From the NCBI GenBank assembly GCA_963733055.1, contig CAVTBR010000001.1:576001-640000 (forward strand): a stretch of DNA of 64,000 bases, in the 5' to 3' direction. A program made the translations under genes and the position numbers. The DNA is from Candidatus Bathyarchaeota archaeon (GTDB lineage Archaea > Thermoproteota > Bathyarchaeia > 40CM-2-53-6). The notes beneath the pieces are model-generated. The model was not told where the DNA came from. It was given only the letters and a program-made list of their open reading frames with translations, and made no database searches. Shown one piece after another: positions 58,365 through 64,000 of this stretch (the first letter of the stretch is position 1; every line of letters begins with the position of its first letter).

Positions 58365-58617
58365 CAGGGTGTGATACACGTGTGCTACACCCTGTTGTTA
58401 CCCCCGCTCAAGCCGAAAACTCGCGCATTGTAGACCTTACTTGCTGCCCATTGTACCCTTCCGGCCACTAGTGAGCCCTTGGGGTCATGGTTGCCGGCTT
58501 CTCTCGCAACTAGCGTGTCCGACACTGTCCGACACCAGTGATTTGTCCGCCAAACCACCCGCTTCTCTTCCCTTCCCGCAACTGTGCCACAGTGGTTTCG
58601 CAACTGTGATACAGTTG
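58365..58617. promoter_or_regulatory. Cluster of six TGT-N3-ACA palindromes in three pairs
   Basis: TGT begins at 58370, 58381, 58516, 58526, 58583 and 58605 in the non-coding gap upstream of rmlC. Confidence 0.5.
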
Positions 58618-58793
58618 TTCACGAAGAAACGGAACATCTGCAAGCCTAACCCGGTGCACCACACCCCTGTAAAGCACATAGCTGGCGACGACCCGATTGA
58701 TGCTTCAACTGGGACACAGTTCAACTAGACCCCAGTTGGGGCGTAAGAAAAGCCAAAAGCACAGTCCAGACAACGCATTGGAGATGACGTAGC

Positions 58794-59333
58794 ATGGGTA
58801 AAGCAGAGATTGGTTCGAAGTTTACTGAGCGGCTTTCCCGCCAAGCCTACGGCGAGAGTAAAGCGATTGATGGTGTCAAGTTTATTGAATTCAAATTCTT
58901 CAACGACGACGGCGGAGACTTCCACGAAATAACCCGCATGGCCAATGGCCGGGCTAGCTTTCTTGAGGGTTTCGAGGTTCGTCAGGTGAATCGGTCGAGG
59001 TTTAACCCTGGGCTCGTGAAGGCGTTTCACCTGCATTTGGAGCAGGATGAGGTATGGGCTGTTCATCCGCTCGATCGGCTGCTTGTGGGGTTGGTTGATG
59101 TTAGGAAGGGTTCGAAGACGGAGGGCGCCTCGATGCGCTTCGTGTTAGGCGGCGGGAAATCAAAGTTCCTCTACATACCCAGAGGCGTCGCCCACGGCGG
59201 AACAGCCCTCGGAACAAACCCAGTCGACGTGGTCTACCTGATGAACCAGCAATTCTCCCCCGACAACCCAGACGAATGGCGCCTACCATGGGACACCCTC
59301 GGTTCGGAGTTCTGGAAGATAAGCAAAGGTTAA
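58794..59333 (+). CDS. rmlC: dTDP-4-dehydrorhamnose 3,5-epimerase family (cupin)
   Basis: DDGGDFHE, QVNRS..PGLVKAFHLH..Q, DVRKGSKT and LYIPRGVAHG motifs. Confidence 0.85.
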   Translation: MGKAEIGSKFTERLSRQAYGESKAIDGVKFIEFKFFNDDGGDFHEITRMANGRASFLEGFEVRQVNRSRFNPGLVKAFHLHLEQDEVWAVHPLDRLLVGLVDVRKGSKTEGASMRFVLGGGKSKFLYIPRGVAHGGTALGTNPVDVVYLMNQQFSPDNPDEWRLPWDTLGSEFWKISKG

Positions 59334-59375
59334 GCGAATACGGTCACTTCGTTGACTCAGGCATCGGGGTGAAAA

Positions 59376-60269
59376 TTGTTGAAGGGTATAGTTCTCGCCG
59401 GCGGTTTAGGCACGAGGCTGTATCCAATGACGCACGTCCTCAGCAAACACCTACTCCCCATCTACGACAAACCCATGGTCTTCTACCCCCTAAGCACCCT
59501 GATGCTCGCCGGCATCCGAGACATACTCATCGTAAGCACACCACACGACCTGCCCATGTACAAACAACTCCTAAGCGACGGCTCCGAGCTCGGAATCAAA
59601 CTCAGCTACATCGAACAAACGACCCCCGGCGGCATAGCTCAAGCCTTCATCGTCGGCCGCAACTTCATCAAAACAGATTCAGTCGCACTCATTCTTGGGG
59701 ATAACATATTCTACGGCCAAGGCCTAGCCGGCCTATTCCAGACCGCTGTCGCTGAAAACGATGGTGGTACAATCTTCTGCTATTCCGTCAAGGATCCCGA
59801 AAGATACGGAGTCGCGGAATTCGACAAGAAAGGCAACTTGGTTGGGCTCGTGGAGAAACCTAGCAAACCAAAATCAAACTACGCCGTAACCGGATTGTAC
59901 TTGTACGACAACGCCGTCCTGGAAATCACAAGCAAGCTAAAACCCTCATCCCGCGGCGAACTCGAAATCACAGACGTGAACAAGGAGTACTTGCGTCGAG
60001 GAAAATTGAAACTCATAAAGTTCGGGCGCGGCGTAGCTTGGCTCGACACGGGCACACCGGAAGCGTTGCTCGAATCCGCACAATACTTTGCGGCCATAGA
60101 ACACCGGCAGGGGTTGAAGGTGGCTTGCCTAGAAGAAGTCGCATACCGAATGGGCTACATCAACTCCTCAAAGCTGTTGAAGCTCTCCGAAAAGTACACT
60201 GGAGAATACGGCGACTACCTCCGCGCCATCGCGAAGGAACATACAGACAACACCGGCATCACCCTATGA
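59376..60269 (+). CDS. rmlA: Glucose-1-phosphate thymidylyltransferase
   Basis: [45 protein letters not shown] and WLDTGT motifs. Confidence 0.96.
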   Translation: MLKGIVLAGGLGTRLYPMTHVLSKHLLPIYDKPMVFYPLSTLMLAGIRDILIVSTPHDLPMYKQLLSDGSELGIKLSYIEQTTPGGIAQAFIVGRNFIKTDSVALILGDNIFYGQGLAGLFQTAVAENDGGTIFCYSVKDPERYGVAEFDKKGNLVGLVEKPSKPKSNYAVTGLYLYDNAVLEITSKLKPSSRGELEITDVNKEYLRRGKLKLIKFGRGVAWLDTGTPEALLESAQYFAAIEHRQGLKVACLEEVAYRMGYINSSKLLKLSEKYTGEYGDYLRAIAKEHTDNTGITL

Positions 60270-61145
60270 GACATCTCGAACAAACGCCTGCAACGCTTGA
60301 TCCAATTCCATCGGCTTCTCCCTGAGGACATCTCGAGCTTTCGTTACGTTTAAGGACGAATCCAGAGGTCTCTTCGCGATCCAGCTTGAAGAATCTGACT
60401 TAACTGGGGTCACTAGTTTCGGATCGAAATTTAGTTGCATCGCCAACTTTATTGCGAAATCGTACCGGCTCGCTCTCGTCGCGCCCGCAACGTGAATCAA
60501 CCCTCGCGTACCCCGCTCACCAAGATCTAGGACCATGCTCGCGAGATTCGTGTTGAGCGTCGGGCTCGCGAATTGATCTGACACAACATTGACACGCTCT
60601 CCCTTGCTTAGCTTACCGTAAAGCCACGTCCCAAAATTTGGCCTGAACGCACGTCCCCAACCGAAAACAACGCTCGCTCTAGCCACACAAGTATTCTCAT
60701 GCTTCATGACCAACTGTTCTCCGAGAAGCTTCGACGAGCCATATTCGTTAACGGGCGCGGGGGAATCATTCTCATTGTAGTTCCCCTTGGTTCCATCGAA
60801 AACGTAGTCGGTAGACATCTGAACAAGGAATGCGTTGACCTTGTCGCATACATCAGCGAGTATCCCGGCCGCCGAACCGTTGACACTCCTAGCCAGTTCC
60901 GGTTCGCGTTCGCACAGATCAACATCAGTGACTGAAGCGGTGTTAACAACTACCCCGGGCCTTTCCTTTTGAACGCATTCGTTCACTGATCTTTCATCCG
61001 TGATGTCCAGATGGACTGCCCTTCCGCTCTCGGGTTTATGTTCGCGGTAGATTGAGCACACGTTGTAACCCTTCTCCGTAGCCTGCTTGACGAGCGCGTG
61101 TCCCAGCAGTCCGCTAGCGCCCGTTATGAGAATCTTAGTTACCAT
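60264..61145 (-). CDS. rmlD: dTDP-4-dehydrorhamnose reductase
   Basis: [29 protein letters not shown] and DQFASPT motifs; probable start ATG 61145. Confidence 0.93.
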   Translation of the reverse strand: MVTKILITGASGLLGHALVKQATEKGYNVCSIYREHKPESGRAVHLDITDERSVNECVQKERPGVVVNTASVTDVDLCEREPELARSVNGSAAGILADVCDKVNAFLVQMSTDYVFDGTKGNYNENDSPAPVNEYGSSKLLGEQLVMKHENTCVARASVVFGWGRAFRPNFGTWLYGKLSKGERVNVVSDQFASPTLNTNLASMVLDLGERGTRGLIHVAGATRASRYDFAIKLAMQLNFDPKLVTPVKSDSSSWIAKRPLDSSLNVTKARDVLREKPMELDQALQAFVRDVS

Positions 61146-62155
61146 TTGCTTTTCCACGGTGCAGAACTCAGCACACGCTCATTCAGCAAGGGTCGCCACC
61201 ACGCCTCATTCTTAACGTACCACGCCACCGTCTCTCGCAAACCATCCTCGAAACCCCGCTTCGGCGTCCACCCCAACTCATCCCTCGCCTTCGACGCATC
61301 CAACCAGTAACGCACATCATGTCCAGGCCTATCCTCAACATGCTCGATGAGTTTCTCGGGCTTAGCAAGCAACTTCAGAACTTGCTTGACCACGTGTTCG
61401 TTCTCGACCTGGTTTCCGCCACCAATATTGTAAACCTCCCCCGACCGCCCCTTTTCGAGAACTCGGTCAAGTGCTTCGCAATGGTCTTGAACGTGAATCC
61501 AATCCCTAACCTGCCTCCCCGAACCGTAGACCGGCACCCTGCGGTTTTGGATAGCCAGGATCACGGTTTTGGGTATGAACTTCTCCGGGAACTGGAAGGG
61601 ACCGAAGTTGTTTGTGCATCGAGTAATCAGGGTCGACAATCCGTACGTCTTACGGTAAGCCCTTACCAGCATCTCCGCAGCTGCTTTGGAAGCCGAGTAA
61701 GGAGATGAAGGATTCAACGCGTCCTCCTCCTTGAACGCCCGCCCACCATCCGCGGAACCATACACCTCGTCTGTAGAAACCTGCAGAAACTTTACGTCAC
61801 GTTTTCTGCATGATTCGAGAAGCGTCAAGACACCATTCGTGTTGCTATCCAGAAATGATTGGGGACTCGCGATACTGCGGTCAACGTGAGATTCCGCAGC
61901 AAAATTAACCACAACCTCCACGTTCGCGGCTGCCTCCTCCACGAGCTTAGCGTCGCAGATGTCCCCCTTAACGAAACTGTAATTTCTTCGTCCCTCCAGA
62001 TCCTTCAGATTAGCGGGATTGGAACCGTAACTCAACTTGTCCAGGTTAACAACCTGAACCTTGGGTTGAGTGGGCATTAAATGGTGGATGTAGTTCGAAC
62101 CGATGAATCCCATCCCACCCGTAACGAGGAGACGCGCCAATGGTTTCCGGCTCAC
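61139..62155 (-). CDS. rmlB: dTDP-glucose 4,6-dehydratase
   Basis: GGMGFIGSN, NFAAESHVDRSI, STDEVYG, SPYSASK and DRPGHD motifs. Confidence 0.96.
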   Translation of the reverse strand: MSRKPLARLLVTGGMGFIGSNYIHHLMPTQPKVQVVNLDKLSYGSNPANLKDLEGRRNYSFVKGDICDAKLVEEAAANVEVVVNFAAESHVDRSIASPQSFLDSNTNGVLTLLESCRKRDVKFLQVSTDEVYGSADGGRAFKEEDALNPSSPYSASKAAAEMLVRAYRKTYGLSTLITRCTNNFGPFQFPEKFIPKTVILAIQNRRVPVYGSGRQVRDWIHVQDHCEALDRVLEKGRSGEVYNIGGGNQVENEHVVKQVLKLLAKPEKLIEHVEDRPGHDVRYWLDASKARDELGWTPKRGFEDGLRETVAWYVKNEAWWRPLLNERVLSSAPWKSKW

Positions 62156-62252
62156 AAACGCAAGTTCGTATGCTTGACGCCTAACCTAAGGGGCGTATCC
62201 ACAAAAAGCTTCCCGGTATTAGGAAACGATTACGTTTCCAGCCATCACTCTC

Positions 62253-62870
62253 TTACTCGATTGAGAGTAGTGCTTGGGCGGAGTCTCCGCCGCTTCCCGT
62301 AACTTGAATCACATACTGTCCGGGCAAAATGTTTCCGACCGTGAAGCTACCGTGCGGTGTCCCGCTCCCGGCTTGTATGACGCACGCCACCGTCCCGGCT
62401 AGGACGACGTTGGGTGTTGGGCTAGAGATAGTACACGTTGTGTCTGTGGGTAGGAAGCCGCTGGCTATGACCAAAACGTCCACGCCGGGTTGGGCGGTTG
62501 CCGGGCTTAACCCAACCTGAGCGCCACCCGTAACCGTGAGGAGCGCTTGGGCGAAATCTCCCTGATTTCCTGCCGCCTGAATGACATAAGCGCCGGGTAG
62601 AACGTTTCCAATCGTGAAACCTCCCGAAACCGACCCTCCCGAGGTCACGCATGCTGATGAGGTAATCACGCCGGGGTTAGATGGGCTGGAGAAGTAACAG
62701 GCCGTATCGGTGGGCAGAAAACCTGACCCATTGATTCCAATCTGCAAACCAACATTCCCGCTTCCTGAACTTAACCCGATGACGGGCGAGGATTCTATAC
62801 TTGCAAGGGTCACCACTTCAACGGACACCAGTAAAACACTAATGAAGATCAACGCAACGACGAGTCTCAA
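62253..62870 (-). CDS. Secreted two-domain paralog of the giant repeat protein
   Basis: Two units of GFLPTDT.C..SSP..AC...GSFT.GN.LPG.YVIQ..GD.AQALL; signal peptide; no anchor. Confidence 0.85.
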   Translation of the reverse strand: MRLVVALIFISVLLVSVEVVTLASIESSPVIGLSSGSGNVGLQIGINGSGFLPTDTACYFSSPSNPGVITSSACVTSGGSVSGGFTIGNVLPGAYVIQAAGNQGDFAQALLTVTGGAQVGLSPATAQPGVDVLVIASGFLPTDTTCTISSPTPNVVLAGTVACVIQAGSGTPHGSFTVGNILPGQYVIQVTGSGGDSAQALLSIE

Positions 62871-63077
62871 ACAAACTCAACATACTCTTGACGTTCACTA
62901 AGAACTATTAGTTGTTGTGCTCTTGGGAAAAGCTTTTGTCCATGGTGGAAAACCGCTCAAAGCGTTCATTCATCCATTCCACTTGTAATCAAATCGGTTG
63001 ACCAACTCAATCAAAGTTCTACTCGGCCCGCGAAGGCTCAGGTTACCGAAGTTCGTTTCACAGAACCAGATGTCGTT

Positions 63078-64000
63078 TCAAACACTATAGAGTTGAGACA
63101 GGTAAATCAACCCTCCCAAATCCAAGCAAAAGATCAATATTACTAACAGGATTGGAAACAAGCTCACATTTCGAACAAACCGCTTACCGAACTCACGCAA
63201 TCCCTCTACAAGAAGTACACTTATCGCCGAGATTGCCGGGAACATGTAGCGTCCTTGAGGATCATCGAAGTGGAGGTTGAAATAAATGATGCCTCCCAGA
63301 ACGATCAACACACCCATTATGCACGCGCCCAGCAACAGAAGACGGGTTCTATCTTTGTTATAGCTCACCTTCAGCGAACATGCTACGCCAACTAACGCAA
63401 AACCTGATAATAACGCCAAAACAAAATACGTATCTCTTGGCGCCCAAATGTTCATCCAACCAAAGGCGAACCAAAAACTCCGAAAAAGAACCTCGAAGAA
63501 TCCTCCGCCTGTGAAGAATGTAGATGAAAAGCTTCTCACCGGTCTCGGAAATCTTGTAAAGCTCCCGTAGAGGATGAACGCATCAAGATAATACCACCCG
63601 GCCACCAACAGCATTGCACCAACAGACATTACCGCACTTACCGCGAGTTTGCGACTGTTTCCGACCTTCAAGAAATAACGCTTTGCGACAAGGGACGCTG
63701 GGGCTAATAGCAGCAAAAAAGCTCCATTGTATTTCGTTAGCATCGCCGCGCCACCCGCTAACCCGCACTTCAAATTTGTCCCGAAACTGAAGTCCCGAGA
63801 GTATAGTTCTACGAGGAGAAAATAGAGGGATAATGCGGAAAAGAAACTCACCATCGAATCATAGTTCAACGCGCTTGACATGAAGGTAAACTGCGGAATG
63901 AACGCGTTTGTGGCTGCTGCAAGCAAAGCAAACCTCAATTCTCCGCGAAAAACGACCTTGCCAATCAAAAATGTCACAAAGACCGTACCTAGACCAAACA
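63078..64000 (-). CDS. GT-C (GT39/ArnT-like) membrane glycosyltransferase, 5'-partial; paralog of 18998..20368
   Basis: NAFIPQF, LTKY, GWYY, SFWFAFGWM and PQGRYMFPA motifs; the frame is open to the window edge. Confidence 0.8.
   Translation of the reverse strand, partial: FGLGTVFVTFLIGKVVFRGELRFALLAAATNAFIPQFTFMSSALNYDSMVSFFSALSLYFLLVELYSRDFSFGTNLKCGLAGGAAMLTKYNGAFLLLLAPASLVAKRYFLKVGNSRKLAVSAVMSVGAMLLVAGWYYLDAFILYGSFTRFPRPVRSFSSTFFTGGGFFEVLFRSFWFAFGWMNIWAPRDTYFVLALLSGFALVGVACSLKVSYNKDRTRLLLLGACIMGVLIVLGGIIYFNLHFDDPQGRYMFPAISAISVLLVEGLREFGKRFVRNVSLFPILLVILIFCLDLGGLIYLSQLYSV

Noticed and set aside
58385-58728. Short ORFs in the gap before rmlC
   Set aside because: They overlap on both strands, lack protein-like features, and the region is better explained as palindrome-rich non-coding DNA.
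1-64000. tRNA, rRNA, integrase or transposase genes marking a mobile island
   Set aside because: None recognised by eye; tRNAscan-SE and Infernal would be needed to exclude small RNAs.

Overview
Archaeal-type genomic window. The lineage is inferred from TATA-box promoters, RtcA, a CFI-box-CTERM protein and a PGF-CTERM-like anchor; Bathyarchaeia or another TACK group is plausible but not proven. After housekeeping genes (3' part of acnA, rtcA, an RHH regulator) comes a ~2,350-aa secreted surface protein of ~21 Ig-like 105-aa Cys-containing repeats, split by one apparent 1-nt indel and translationally coupled to a Thr/Ser-rich CFI-box protein. The following ~50 kb is a cell-surface glycosylation island. 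It encodes six GT-C/PMT-like membrane enzymes, many GT2/GT4/GT32 enzymes (WsaE- and WsaF-like), three SAM-methyltransferase domains, a Wzm/Wzt ABC exporter, nucleotide-sugar enzymes and rmlABCD. Interspersed are a RelBE-like module between 86-bp direct repeats, HicAB genes, an atypical Sir2-fold protein, three small secreted paralogs, a thermopsin-like secreted protein and a two-domain paralog of the giant protein. No rRNA, tRNA, CRISPR array, transposase or integrase was recognised. Five apparent single-base frameshifts suggest assembly indel errors. All family assignments come from motif recognition by eye, not database searches.
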